DNA from: Candidatus Oleimmundimicrobium americanum
Lineage (GTDB): Bacteria > Actinomycetota > Aquicultoria > UBA3085 > Oleimmundimicrobiaceae
Length of the DNA: 42,175 nucleotides
Assembly (NCBI GenBank): GCA_002366545.1
Contig: DFBH01000057.1
Span: 1-42,175 of the forward strand
Direction: 5' to 3'
The position numbers and the translations under genes were made by a program. Below the pieces are notes generated by a model, which was not told the DNA's origin, ran no database searches, and saw nothing but the letters and a program-made list of their open reading frames with translations. Below are positions 18,125 to 27,983 of this stretch, piece by piece. Numbering within the stretch: the stretch's first letter is position 1; each line of letters opens with the position of its first letter.

Positions 18125-19408
18125 TTATTCTGTGTCCTTTTTAAAAAAACGTTTAAATTTGGACAGATGTGGCTTGGGAATTTCAGTCACTAAAATCGTT
18201 CCGCTGGAAACGTGCTTTTCAGAAACAACCCTTCCCAATTGATAGGCCATTTGGACAAATTCTCCTTTATCATAGGGGATATCCAAAGAAACCTTCACTG
18301 TGTCTTGAGATGTTATTTCATCAATCTGTTTCAAAAGATCATCAATACCCAAATTTTTTAACGCGGATATAAATAACGCATCCGAAAATTCCCTTTTTAA
18401 TCTTTCCAATTGTATCCAACTTATTTTATCTACTTTATTAAAAATATTTAAGCGCAGCCTTTCGGATGCCCCGATTTCCTCTAAAGTTTTTTCTACGACA
18501 ACTATCTGCTCACTCATCTTTGGATGACTTGAGTCAATAATGTGTAAAATTAAATTTGCTTCTTTAATTTCATCTAAGGTTGATTTAAAGGAAGCTATCA
18601 ATTGGTGAGGAAGTTCTCTGATAAAACCAACCGTATCCGATATAACTACTTCCCTGTTACTTGGTAATATAAATTTTCGTGAGGTTGAATCCAATGTTGC
18701 AAAAAGTTTATCCTGAACCAAAACCCCGGCGCTTGTTATTTTATTTAAAAGAGTCGATTTACCTGCATTGGTATAACCGACAAGGGAAATTCCAAAAACG
18801 CGACTTTTTTTGCGTTGTTTTCTCTGTAAAAAACGGATTTCGTCAAGCTCGGTGAGCCCTCTCTTTAAATTCTGAATTCTACGCTTAATCCTTCTCCTGT
18901 CAACCTCAAGCTTTGTTTCGCCCGGACCTCTGGTTCCTATTCCTCCGCCCAATCTCGACAGCTCTATTCCCCTGCCAATCAACCTCGGCAGCATGTAATT
19001 TAACTGTGCCAACTCAACCTGCAACTTTCCTTCGTTAGAGTGAGCATGCTGTGCAAAAATATCCAATATAAGAGCGGTGCGATCAATTATCTTTAAATCC
19101 ATTATTTCTTCTAAATTTCCCTGTTGAGATGGAGTTAAATCATTGTTGAAGATGACCGTGCCTGCTTCCGATTCTTTGGCTGTGATTGCCACTTCTTTTG
19201 CTTTTCCGATACCTATATATGTCTTTGGATCCGGTCTTTCACGTTTTTGTATAAACTTTCCTACCACCTCTGCGTGGACAGTCAAAGAAAGTTGGTTAAG
19301 TTCATCGAGGGACTCTTCGATTTCATAAGGGTTTTGATTTTGTTGTTGAAGGGCAACTAAGACAACTTTTTCTTTTTGTGTTTGTTGCACGTTAGTAAAA
19401 CTATTCAT
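18125..19408 (-). CDS. hflX: GTPase HflX
   Basis: GIGTRGPGETKLEVDRR, GYTNAGKST, DTVGF, NKVD. Confidence 0.97.
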   Translation of the reverse strand: MNSFTNVQQTQKEKVVLVALQQQNQNPYEIEESLDELNQLSLTVHAEVVGKFIQKRERPDPKTYIGIGKAKEVAITAKESEAGTVIFNNDLTPSQQGNLEEIMDLKIIDRTALILDIFAQHAHSNEGKLQVELAQLNYMLPRLIGRGIELSRLGGGIGTRGPGETKLEVDRRRIKRRIQNLKRGLTELDEIRFLQRKQRKKSRVFGISLVGYTNAGKSTLLNKITSAGVLVQDKLFATLDSTSRKFILPSNREVVISDTVGFIRELPHQLIASFKSTLDEIKEANLILHIIDSSHPKMSEQIVVVEKTLEEIGASERLRLNIFNKVDKISWIQLERLKREFSDALFISALKNLGIDDLLKQIDEITSQDTVKVSLDIPYDKGEFVQMAYQLGRVVSEKHVSSGTILVTEIPKPHLSKFKRFFKKDTE

Positions 19409-19423
19409 TAAAAATATTATAAC

Positions 19424-20581
19424 CTATAATGAATTTTCTATGCGAACCAGCGCCTCTTCCAATCTTTCGTCTTTAACGCTTAGAGAAATTCTCACATAGC
19501 CTTCTCCCGAAGGACCGTAAGCATTGCCGGGAGAAACAACGACACCCGCTTTTTCTAAAATATGCGTAGCAAAACTTGCTGATGTAAAACCATCGGGGAC
19601 ATTAACCCAAACATAGATGGTTGCCTTAGGCTTCGCAAATTTTAAATGCATTTTATTTAGCGCTTTAGCAACTATGTCCCGACGCCGCGCGTATATATTG
19701 CACATCTCTTTAACGCAATCCTGAGAACCATCAAGGGCCGCTATGCCGGCATATTGAATTGCGTTAAAGATACCTGAGTCGACATTAGTTTTAACCCTTC
19801 CAAGAGCCTCAATGGCCATCTCGTTTCCAACAGCAAAACCAATTCTCCAACCCGTCATATTGTATGTTTTTGATAGCGACTGGAACTCAATTCCAACGTC
19901 TTTTGCGCCGGGGACTTCTAAAAAGCTTGGGGGAAGATAGCCATCGTAAGCTATTTCCGAATAAGCGTTATCATGACAAACCAATATGTCGTATTTCTTG
20001 GCAAAATCTACAACTTCTTTAAAAAATTCTAAAGTTGCCACCGCTGAGGTTGGATTATTTGGGTAGCTTATGAACATTATCTTTGCTTTTTTAGCTATCT
20101 CTTCACTTATTTTTGTTAAATCAGGAAGAAAGTCATTTTTTGAAAGAAGCGGCATATAATGGGGTTTTCCTCCCGCCAAAATTGTTCCAACATTGTAAAC
20201 CGGATAACCCGGGTCCGGTATAAGCGTTATGTCACCCGGATCTACAAAAGCTAAAAAAATGTGTGCTATCCCTTCTTTTGAGCCGATTAAGGGTAAAATT
20301 TCCGTATCAGGATTAAAGCTTAAGTTAAATCTCTTTTCGCAAAAACCGGCAACGGCTTTTCTAAACTCCGGCATTCCAAAATATGATGGATATCTGTGAT
20401 TTTCCGGGTTGCGAGCTTGTTCGCAAAGCTTATCTACAATATGAGTTGAAGTTGGCTCAACAGGATCACCTATTCCAAGGCTTATCACATCAACCCCTTC
20501 AGCCCTTTTTTTAGCTATTTTTTTATCGATTTCCGCAAACAAATAAGGCGGTAAATTTGCGATTCGTTGTGCTTCTTTCAA
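19424..20581 (-). CDS. dapL: LL-diaminopimelate aminotransferase (class I PLP)
   Basis: [26 protein letters not shown]; adjacent to dapF. Confidence 0.85.
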   Translation of the reverse strand: MKEAQRIANLPPYLFAEIDKKIAKKRAEGVDVISLGIGDPVEPTSTHIVDKLCEQARNPENHRYPSYFGMPEFRKAVAGFCEKRFNLSFNPDTEILPLIGSKEGIAHIFLAFVDPGDITLIPDPGYPVYNVGTILAGGKPHYMPLLSKNDFLPDLTKISEEIAKKAKIMFISYPNNPTSAVATLEFFKEVVDFAKKYDILVCHDNAYSEIAYDGYLPPSFLEVPGAKDVGIEFQSLSKTYNMTGWRIGFAVGNEMAIEALGRVKTNVDSGIFNAIQYAGIAALDGSQDCVKEMCNIYARRRDIVAKALNKMHLKFAKPKATIYVWVNVPDGFTSASFATHILEKAGVVVSPGNAYGPSGEGYVRISLSVKDERLEEALVRIENSL

Positions 20582-20592
20582 TTAAGCTCCTC

Positions 20593-21441
20593 CTAAGTTA
20601 AATGAATTTTCCCGGTAAATATTTCTTTAGCGGGACCGGTCATTAGAATGCTATCGTTTAAAATTTCTATTTCAAGATCTCCTCCCGGGAGACGCACCAA
20701 TACCCGTTTTCCGGTTAGGCCAAGCTTGTTGGCTGCGGCTACGGTTGCACACGCTCCGGTTCCGCATGCTAAGGTTTCTCCCGCACCCCTTTCCCATACC
20801 CTCAGTTTTATTTCGGATTCTTTTATCACCTGAGCAAATTCAACGTTCGTTTTCTTGGAAAACATCTTCAGTTTTTCTATTTTTGGCCCAATCGTATTTA
20901 CGGGAGCTCTCGAAATTTCCTCGACAAAAATAACGCAATGAGGGTTTCCCGTTGAAACACAGGTAACATTGAACGATTGACCGGCAACACGTATTTTTTC
21001 ATCAATCACTGTTTCTTTTTCAAAGATTACGGGTATTTCGTCCTTTTTAAAAGAAAACCTTCCCATGTCTACTTTTGCTCCCGAGACATCCATGCCATCG
21101 AAAATCAACCGGACATCCTTCGCCCCGCCAAGAGTCTCAATTTTGATTTTTTTCTGATTTGTTAAACAGTGTTCATATAAGTATTTCGCAAAACAACGGA
21201 TACCGTTTCCGCACATTTCGGCCACGGTTCCATCGGGATTATAAAAGAACATAAAAAAATCCGCTTCCGGATTTCGTGGTGGTTGAACCAACATCAATCC
21301 ATCGGCCCCTATCCCAAAATGTCTATCACAAAGCCATCTTATGTTTTCGGAGGTTAAGTTTATGGCGCCCTTTAAGTCCTCAATTATAATAAAATCATTG
21401 CCTGCCCCTTGTAGTTTTGTAAACTCTAAAAATTTGGACAT
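20593..21441 (-). CDS. dapF: Diaminopimelate epimerase
   Basis: GAGNDF, EMCGNG, GNPH, ERGAGETLACGTG; ATG at 21441 follows GGAGG. Confidence 0.96.
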   Translation of the reverse strand: MSKFLEFTKLQGAGNDFIIIEDLKGAINLTSENIRWLCDRHFGIGADGLMLVQPPRNPEADFFMFFYNPDGTVAEMCGNGIRCFAKYLYEHCLTNQKKIKIETLGGAKDVRLIFDGMDVSGAKVDMGRFSFKKDEIPVIFEKETVIDEKIRVAGQSFNVTCVSTGNPHCVIFVEEISRAPVNTIGPKIEKLKMFSKKTNVEFAQVIKESEIKLRVWERGAGETLACGTGACATVAAANKLGLTGKRVLVRLPGGDLEIEILNDSILMTGPAKEIFTGKIHLT

Positions 21442-22400
21442 TTTCCCTCCTTCTCCCATGTTAAATCTAAATTATTAATTATTTCATCTGCGATGTATGG
21501 TAATTCTTTGCCTTCTACGTCTATCCATTTAATTCTTTTATCACGTTTAAACCAAGTAAGCTGTCTTTTTGCAAAATTTCTTGTTCTTTGCTTTATAAGA
21601 CGCTTTGTTTCATCGAGCGTTATTTGGCCCTCGGTGTAGCTTAACACTTCCTTGTATCCAAGGGCCTGACGTGCCGTAATTGAACTCAACTTCCCCATCA
21701 AAGTTAATTTTTTAACTTCATTCAAGAATCCATTTTCAAACATCTCGTCTACCCGTTCATCAATCTTAACATAAAGTTTTTCACGAGATAAATTAAGGCC
21801 AAAAAAGTTCGCCTCGTAAATTGTTTTCCTATTTTCCCATTCTTGACGATACTCAGTAAAAGTTTTCCCTGTAAGTTTTATAACTTCGAGGGCACGAATT
21901 ACCCTTCTTACATTATTTGGATGAATATCTTCAGCGGCTTTCGGGTCATTTTTTTTAAGTTCGTCGTAAAGAAATTCGGGGTTATTTTTCGCCCTTTTTT
22001 CCAGTTCTTGACGAATATTTGACCTCAATTTTCCTTCAGGAAATTTGAGGTCATCAGTCACGGCTCGTATGTACAAACCGGAACCGCCAACTAAAATTGG
22101 CAACTTTTTTCTGCCGGTGACCTTAGAAACAGCGACCCGCGCTAATTTTTGATACCTTGCTACACTAAAATCATCTGACGGCTCAACTATGTCAATGAGA
22201 TGATGTCTAATTCCTTGTCTTTCATCCACGTTTAGCTTTGCCGTTCCAATATTCATTCCCTTATAAACCTGCATTGAGTCGGCGGAAATAATTTTGCCAT
22301 TGAGCTTTTTGGCTAACTCAATGGCAACTTCGCTTTTCCCCACCGCCGTGGGACCAACTATGACAAGAATTTTTTCTTTAATTTCCTTAATCTTTTTCAC
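21426..22400 (-). CDS. miaA: tRNA dimethylallyltransferase
   Basis: GPTAVGKS, SADSMQVY, GGSGLY, AKRQLTWF. Confidence 0.97.
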   Translation of the reverse strand: MKKIKEIKEKILVIVGPTAVGKSEVAIELAKKLNGKIISADSMQVYKGMNIGTAKLNVDERQGIRHHLIDIVEPSDDFSVARYQKLARVAVSKVTGRKKLPILVGGSGLYIRAVTDDLKFPEGKLRSNIRQELEKRAKNNPEFLYDELKKNDPKAAEDIHPNNVRRVIRALEVIKLTGKTFTEYRQEWENRKTIYEANFFGLNLSREKLYVKIDERVDEMFENGFLNEVKKLTLMGKLSSITARQALGYKEVLSYTEGQITLDETKRLIKQRTRNFAKRQLTWFKRDKRIKWIDVEGKELPYIADEIINNLDLTWEKEGKCPNF

Positions 22401-22447
22401 AATATTAAAATTTTACTTATTTGCTTCAAGCAAAATGCAAGTCCTCC

Positions 22448-23650
22448 TTATTTGGGCTCAACCAAATTAATTAATTTATCAACAATAATTCTGGCAATTG
22501 CTCTTTTAGTCATGCGAGGAAATTCAGTAATTTTACCGTCTTTTTCAATGATTGTAACCTTGTTAAAATCCTCTCCGAACCCGATTCCCGTTTTTGAAAT
22601 ATCATTAGCAACAATTAAATCCAAATTTTTTCTCTCAAGTTTTCGTTTTGCATTTTCAAGTAAATTCTCTGATTCAGCGGCAAAAGCAATCAATATTTTC
22701 TTGCCTTTGGCTTCCCCTAATTCTCTTATAATGTCGGGGTTGGGTTTTAATTTTATACTAAGCTCATCTATATTATCTTTCTTAATTTTCTCTTTATGTG
22801 TTTTTAACGGATGGAAATCAGCTACCGCTGCAGTCATAATAACCGCGTCGTTTTTATCAAAACGCTTTATTGTTTCCCGATTCATATCTGAGGCGGTATT
22901 TATAGGCACAAAATTTACTTTTTGGGGAACGGGCAAACAGGTTGGCGAACTGATAAGAGTAGTTTTAGAACCCCGTCTTACCAGCTCATTTGCTATTGCA
23001 TATCCTGTTTTTCCCGAAGACTTATTCCCGATAAACCTAACCGGATCAATGGGCTCACGGGTTCCACCGGCCGTTACCATCACCGAATAACCTTTGAGAT
23101 CACTGCCTCTTGCAATCTCAAACTCAACGGCTTCAACAATGGCATCAGTCTCAGATAACCTGCCAATCCCGCCTTTCCCGCAAGCTAACTCTCCCATTGC
23201 GGGCCCGACCATTCGGTAACCATATGCTTCCAACCGTTTTATGTTTTTCTGAGTTATTTCATTTAAATACATTCTTGAATTCATTGATGGAGCAAAAATT
23301 ACCGGCACATCGGTTGCAAGAATCGTGGTTGAAAGTAGATCGTCGGCTATACCGTTGGCCACTTTGGCTATTATGTTGGCCGTTGCGGGAGCAACTAAAA
23401 CAATATCTGCTTCATCGCTCAGTGAAATGTGATGAATTTCCCCGCTTAGTTCTTTGTTAAATAGACCTGTTGCTACCGGTTGATTTGTTAGTGTGCTAAA
23501 GGTCAGCGGGGTAATAAATTTTGTAGCGGCCTGTGTCATAATTACTTTAACGGTGGCGCCTTTTTTCACAAGATTTCTTGCAATTTCAACGGATTTATAC
23601 GCCGCAATTCCGCCGCTCACGCCAAAAATAACTGTTTTCCCTTTAAGCAT
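22448..23650 (-). CDS. coaBC: Bifunctional PPC decarboxylase/synthetase
   Basis: GGIAAYK, APATAN, TAGGTREPIDPVRFIGN.SSG. Confidence 0.97.
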   Translation of the reverse strand: MLKGKTVIFGVSGGIAAYKSVEIARNLVKKGATVKVIMTQAATKFITPLTFSTLTNQPVATGLFNKELSGEIHHISLSDEADIVLVAPATANIIAKVANGIADDLLSTTILATDVPVIFAPSMNSRMYLNEITQKNIKRLEAYGYRMVGPAMGELACGKGGIGRLSETDAIVEAVEFEIARGSDLKGYSVMVTAGGTREPIDPVRFIGNKSSGKTGYAIANELVRRGSKTTLISSPTCLPVPQKVNFVPINTASDMNRETIKRFDKNDAVIMTAAVADFHPLKTHKEKIKKDNIDELSIKLKPNPDIIRELGEAKGKKILIAFAAESENLLENAKRKLERKNLDLIVANDISKTGIGFGEDFNKVTIIEKDGKITEFPRMTKRAIARIIVDKLINLVEPK

Positions 23651-23692
23651 AATTATTCCTTGAATTGTTGATTATTACACAATAAACCGAAG

Positions 23693-23944
23693 CTATTTTA
23701 CTTCTTTCTCAGCGCTAGCGCGTTCATAAGTTACTTTACCATCAACAATTTCTTTAAAAGCAATGTCTAAGGGTTTGTATGACTTAAGTTTTTCATCAGT
23801 AGGGGCCAATGCTTCTAACCCTTGCCTATAACCGGAACTCATTAAAATATTTATTTGTCTGGCACGTTTTGCAGCCAGCACAACCAATGTATACCTGCTA
23901 TCAACCTTTTCAATTAAATCCTCATAGCTTGGATAACACAACAT
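23693..23944 (-). CDS. rpoZ: RNA polymerase omega subunit
   Basis: SRYTLV..AAKRARQI, KPLDIA..EI. Confidence 0.93.
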   Translation of the reverse strand: MLCYPSYEDLIEKVDSRYTLVVLAAKRARQINILMSSGYRQGLEALAPTDEKLKSYKPLDIAFKEIVDGKVTYERASAEKEVK

Positions 23945-23965
23945 ATTTTTTTATTCCTCCGAATA

Positions 23966-24550
23966 CTATAAAATTGCGTTGGTCTTTTTTGCTCTTTCTT
24001 TTTCAATAATTGTTACAAGTTCTTCAATTGCCTGTTTTAAATCCTTATTTTCGATTATGTAATCGTATTTGTTTGCAAATTTCATTTCAACTTCAGCCGT
24101 TTTTAGACGATGCTCAACATCCTTTTTAGATTCAGTTCTTCTTTTTATCAAACGTTCTTTAAGTTCTTTTTGAGAAGGTGGCTTAATAAAAATTAAAACG
24201 ACATTAGGGACCTTCTCCTTCACATTCAACGCACCTTGAACATCTAACTCCAAGATAACGTCCTTTCTTTTTTGAAGATGGTCCCTAACTAAGTTACGAA
24301 GTGTTCCGTACTTATTAGAATGAACTTTTTCCCATTCAAGAAACTCGTTTTTTTTTACTTTTTCATCAAATTCTTCATCACTTATAAAGTGATATTGTAT
24401 CCCCGGCGTTTCTCCAACACGTGGTTTTCTTGTGGTTACTGATATTGATAACTCAATATCGCCCACCCGCTTCATCGCAGCCGAAACAAGAGTACCTTTG
24501 CCTGCGCCTGAAGGACCGGATACTATAAATAATTTTCTATCTGTTTCCAT
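23966..24550 (-). CDS. gmk: Guanylate kinase
   Basis: SGPSGAGKGT, TTRKPR.GE, YGT. Confidence 0.97.
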   Translation of the reverse strand: METDRKLFIVSGPSGAGKGTLVSAAMKRVGDIELSISVTTRKPRVGETPGIQYHFISDEEFDEKVKKNEFLEWEKVHSNKYGTLRNLVRDHLQKRKDVILELDVQGALNVKEKVPNVVLIFIKPPSQKELKERLIKRRTESKKDVEHRLKTAEVEMKFANKYDYIIENKDLKQAIEELVTIIEKERAKKTNAIL

Positions 24551-24858
24551 TAGCCAAGTTCATTAATTAATTGCTCACGTTGACGGGAACCAAGCCCCGC
24601 AATTCTTCTTGATGAGCTAATTTTCAACTTCTCCATAATCTTTTGGCTTCTTACTTTGCCGGTTCCGGGAAGAGATTGCAGCAAATCTGACACTTTCATT
24701 CTTCCAACGATAGGATCAGAAGATTTGCTTAAAACATCTGTTAACGAAACATCACCTTTCTTAATCTTTGTCTTTAACGCAGCTCTCTTTTGACGAGTTT
24801 CCACAGCTTTCTTTAACGCAGCCTTACGATCCGCATCTGAAAGTTTTGGTAATGCCAT
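24550..24858 (-). CDS. mihF: Actinobacterial integration host factor
   Basis: MALP.L...R.AAL.KA...R, LPG.GKVR...IM..L.IS.SRR..GLG..QR; upstream of gmk. Confidence 0.92.
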   Translation of the reverse strand: MALPKLSDADRKAALKKAVETRQKRAALKTKIKKGDVSLTDVLSKSSDPIVGRMKVSDLLQSLPGTGKVRSQKIMEKLKISSSRRIAGLGSRQREQLINELG

Positions 24859-24996
24859 TCTTTTTCCTCCTTTTATTTTTTAAGCTATATTTTTTAACTG
24901 TACTGGGTTCATTATACAAATAACTTTTGGAGTTGGCAACTATTAACCTGCTAAAATAATAAAATTTAATTTATTATTTAATATTTCTACAATTTT

Positions 24997-25569
24997 CTAT
25001 AATCTCCTGCTTCCGGAACTGACTAAATGAACCCCTTTTTTACAGAGAGGACATTCATCCGGCTTATAAGAAGAAACCGAAATTTTAATTAATGAGGTAA
25101 ATGGTTCCGTAAAGACTTTTTCCTCTCCTCTGTCAACCAAGCAAGCTATCCCCGCAATTTTCGCGTCGGATTTTTTGACTAAATCAACGAGTTCTTTAAT
25201 TGACCCGCCTTTTGTAACCACATCATCAACGATTAATACTTGTTCGCCCTTATAAAGTCTAAATCCCCTTCTTAAATTCATCTTGCCATTTTCTCTTTCC
25301 GCAAAAATAAATCTTTTGTCTAAGGCCTGGGCTACGGCAAAACCAAGAACGACACCCCCTACCGCCGGCGCCATAACTACATCCACCGGCTCATCAAAAT
25401 ATGGCTCAGCGATAGCCAGTGCAATTTGATTTGTAAAAGCCGGATATTTAAGCACATTCATGCATTGAATATAAGTATCACTATGCAAACCCGATGATAA
25501 TTCAAAGTGACCTTTTCTTACGGCTCCATGGGTATTTAGCGCCCCCATCAGCTCTTCTTCATTAAACAC
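24997..25569 (-). CDS. pyrE: Orotate phosphoribosyltransferase
   Basis: GHF.LSSG.HS, VDDVVTKGGS, CPLC tail; GTG at 25569 after GGAGG. Confidence 0.93.
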   Translation of the reverse strand: MFNEEELMGALNTHGAVRKGHFELSSGLHSDTYIQCMNVLKYPAFTNQIALAIAEPYFDEPVDVVMAPAVGGVVLGFAVAQALDKRFIFAERENGKMNLRRGFRLYKGEQVLIVDDVVTKGGSIKELVDLVKKSDAKIAGIACLVDRGEEKVFTEPFTSLIKISVSSYKPDECPLCKKGVHLVSSGSRRL

Positions 25570-26287
25570 TCTGATAAACCTCCTTGATTTCATTTAATAT
25601 CTCTGCGGCTTTTGCCTCAGGATTATCCGCTTCGATAATCGGTCTCCCAATAACTATGTAATTTGCCCCGGCGGATATGGCCTCCGAAGGAGACATCACT
25701 CTTTTTTGGTCCTTCGCGGCTGCGCCCTTTGGTCTTATCCCCGGAACGACAACAATCTTATCTTTATTTAAAACTTGTTTCAAACCTAAAATTTCATTCG
25801 GGGAAGCAACCACTCCGCCCAAACCGGCCCTCATGGCCATCGACGCAAGACCCATAACCTGTTCATCAACTTTTTTATTTATTCCCATATTGATTAAATC
25901 ATTGTTATTGAGGCTCGTTAAAATCGTTACCCCCAACGTAACAGGAGGAGTTATGTTTAGTTTTGATGCCTCATCGTTTACCGCCTCCACCGCCCACTTC
26001 ATCATCTCTGAACCACCTTGGGTATGAAGCGTAAACATCTCAACACCCATCTTGACAACTTCCCTGCAAGCTCCGGCAACCTGATTGGGAATATCGTGAA
26101 GCTTTAAATCTAAAAAAACGCCTACACCAAGACCTTTAATTTCCTCAACAATGCCATAACCTTCCGATAAGAACAACTGCAGTCCAATTTTAAACAAGCC
26201 GACATGATCTTTAAGTTCTCTGCATATTTCCAAAGCTTTTTCTCGTGAAGAAACATCAACCGCCACAATAAGGGGGTTCTTTTTCAT
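25562..26287 (-). CDS. pyrF: OMP decarboxylase
   Basis: FLDLKLHDIPN, VPGIR, DQKR, VIGR. Confidence 0.97.
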   Translation of the reverse strand: MKKNPLIVAVDVSSREKALEICRELKDHVGLFKIGLQLFLSEGYGIVEEIKGLGVGVFLDLKLHDIPNQVAGACREVVKMGVEMFTLHTQGGSEMMKWAVEAVNDEASKLNITPPVTLGVTILTSLNNNDLINMGINKKVDEQVMGLASMAMRAGLGGVVASPNEILGLKQVLNKDKIVVVPGIRPKGAAAKDQKRVMSPSEAISAGANYIVIGRPIIEADNPEAKAAEILNEIKEVYQSV

Positions 26288-27198
26288 ACTTTCACCTTGT
26301 TTATTATATCTGAAATGTTTTTAAAATCACTTTTTTTTAAAAATTCTCGGAGTCCGTTTATAATTTTAATTGTAGCTTCTGGATATATAAAATTCGCTGT
26401 TCCAACGGCTATTGCTTTTGCTCCGACAAGAAAAAATTCCAGTGCGTCTTCAGCGTTTATTATACCACCCATGCCAATTACGGGAATATCTACGGCTTGA
26501 GAGACTTGCCACACCATCGCAACAGCTATGGGTTTTACGGCCGGGCCGGATAATCCGCCAAAAACATTTGCAAGTTGCGGCTCAAATGAATTGATATCAA
26601 TGGCCATTCCAATCAAAGTGTTAATTAACGATACCGCATCCGCGCCAACGTCTTCAACCCCTTTGGCAATGTCAACGATATTGCCGACATTGGGAGAGAG
26701 TTTAACAATTAGCGGAAGCCTTGTTGTTTTTCTTACCGCCGAAGTTACCTTAACTGCCGATTTAACGCTCGCTCCAAACGCCAATCCTCCGTCTTTCACG
26801 TTTGGGCAAGATATATTAAGCTCCAACCCCTTTACCATGCTTTCCTCGGAAAGTCGCTCCGCAACCCTTGTGTATTCCTCTATTGTGCTTCCGGCGATGT
26901 TGACTATTACAGGAACGTCAAATTTTTCAAGAAATTTCAAGTCTTCACGTATGAAAGCTTCGACGCCTTTATTTTGAAGGCCTATTGAATTTAACATTCC
27001 GCAAGGAGTTTCGTAAATTCGAGGCGTAGGGTTGCCAAGCCGTTCGTTTAAAGTTACCCCTTTTGTTACTATTGCCCCAAGTTTTGACAAGTCAACAAAG
27101 TCAGAGTACTCAACACCGCTTCCAAAAGTGCCGGAGGCAGTCATTACGGGGTTTTTCATCTTAATTCCTGCAATATCTACACTTAAACTCGGTTCCAA
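26284..27198 (-). CDS. pyrD: Dihydroorotate dehydrogenase 1B catalytic subunit
   Basis: ASGTFG, NISCPNV, KLSPN, GGLSG. Confidence 0.97.
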   Translation of the reverse strand: MEPSLSVDIAGIKMKNPVMTASGTFGSGVEYSDFVDLSKLGAIVTKGVTLNERLGNPTPRIYETPCGMLNSIGLQNKGVEAFIREDLKFLEKFDVPVIVNIAGSTIEEYTRVAERLSEESMVKGLELNISCPNVKDGGLAFGASVKSAVKVTSAVRKTTRLPLIVKLSPNVGNIVDIAKGVEDVGADAVSLINTLIGMAIDINSFEPQLANVFGGLSGPAVKPIAVAMVWQVSQAVDIPVIGMGGIINAEDALEFFLVGAKAIAVGTANFIYPEATIKIINGLREFLKKSDFKNISDIINKVKV

Positions 27199-27209
27199 GT
27201 TTTACACTC

Positions 27210-27983
27210 CTATTCCCAAAGGATATCAAAAGCATTAAAAACAGGACCGTCAACGCAAACCCGTTTATTGCCGCTTTTGGTTTTACAAACACATGAAAGA
27301 CAGGCGCCTATCCCGCAAGCCATCCGTTCTTCCAAAGACAAGAAACAAGATATTCCGTTTCTTGTCGCAATTGAAGTAACCGCTTTTAACATCGGTTCCG
27401 GCCCGCAGGCAAAAATCCTGTCCGGTTTCTCGTTTTTTCTTAGATGGTTTAAAAGCAAGTCCGCAGCATTTCCTTTAGAACCAAGACTGCCGTCATCCGT
27501 CGAAAAATAAATTTTGCCGGTCATTTCATCCTTAAGCGGGAAACGAACTACTTTTTGGCAATTCGCGCAGCCAATAAGCACATTAAAAGATATTTTGCTC
27601 AAGAAAAGCTTTTCTGCTAAAAATACAAGAGGGGCAACTCCTATCCCCCCGGCTACAAGCAGCACGTTCTTGCAATCGTCAGGAATTTTAAACCCATTGC
27701 CAAGAGGGCCAATTATATCTAAACAACTATCAACCTCAACCTCAGCAAGAGATTTTGTTCCTTTACCCACAACTTGAAAAAGAATTTCAAAAACATCCTC
27801 ATTTATTTGCCTATGCACACTAAATGGTCTTCGCAAGATAAACTTTTTGTCTTTACCGCACTCAATATGCACAAACTGACCGGGGATCACGGTCGAAGCA
27901 ATCTCGGGACAAAATAGAGACAATTTAAAAATATCCTGCGCTACCTCTTTTTTAGTTAAAATTCTCGCTTCAATGTGGCTCAT
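27210..27983 (-). CDS. pyrK: DHOD electron transfer subunit
   Basis: RRPFS, GGIGVAP, CGP..M, CGIGACLSC. Confidence 0.95.
   Translation of the reverse strand: MSHIEARILTKKEVAQDIFKLSLFCPEIASTVIPGQFVHIECGKDKKFILRRPFSVHRQINEDVFEILFQVVGKGTKSLAEVEVDSCLDIIGPLGNGFKIPDDCKNVLLVAGGIGVAPLVFLAEKLFLSKISFNVLIGCANCQKVVRFPLKDEMTGKIYFSTDDGSLGSKGNAADLLLNHLRKNEKPDRIFACGPEPMLKAVTSIATRNGISCFLSLEERMACGIGACLSCVCKTKSGNKRVCVDGPVFNAFDILWE

Noticed and set aside
22452-23090. Long antisense ORFs (also 580-1056, 1779-2228, 8717-9193, 26528-26977 and others)
   Set aside because: Shadow frames of well-supported genes
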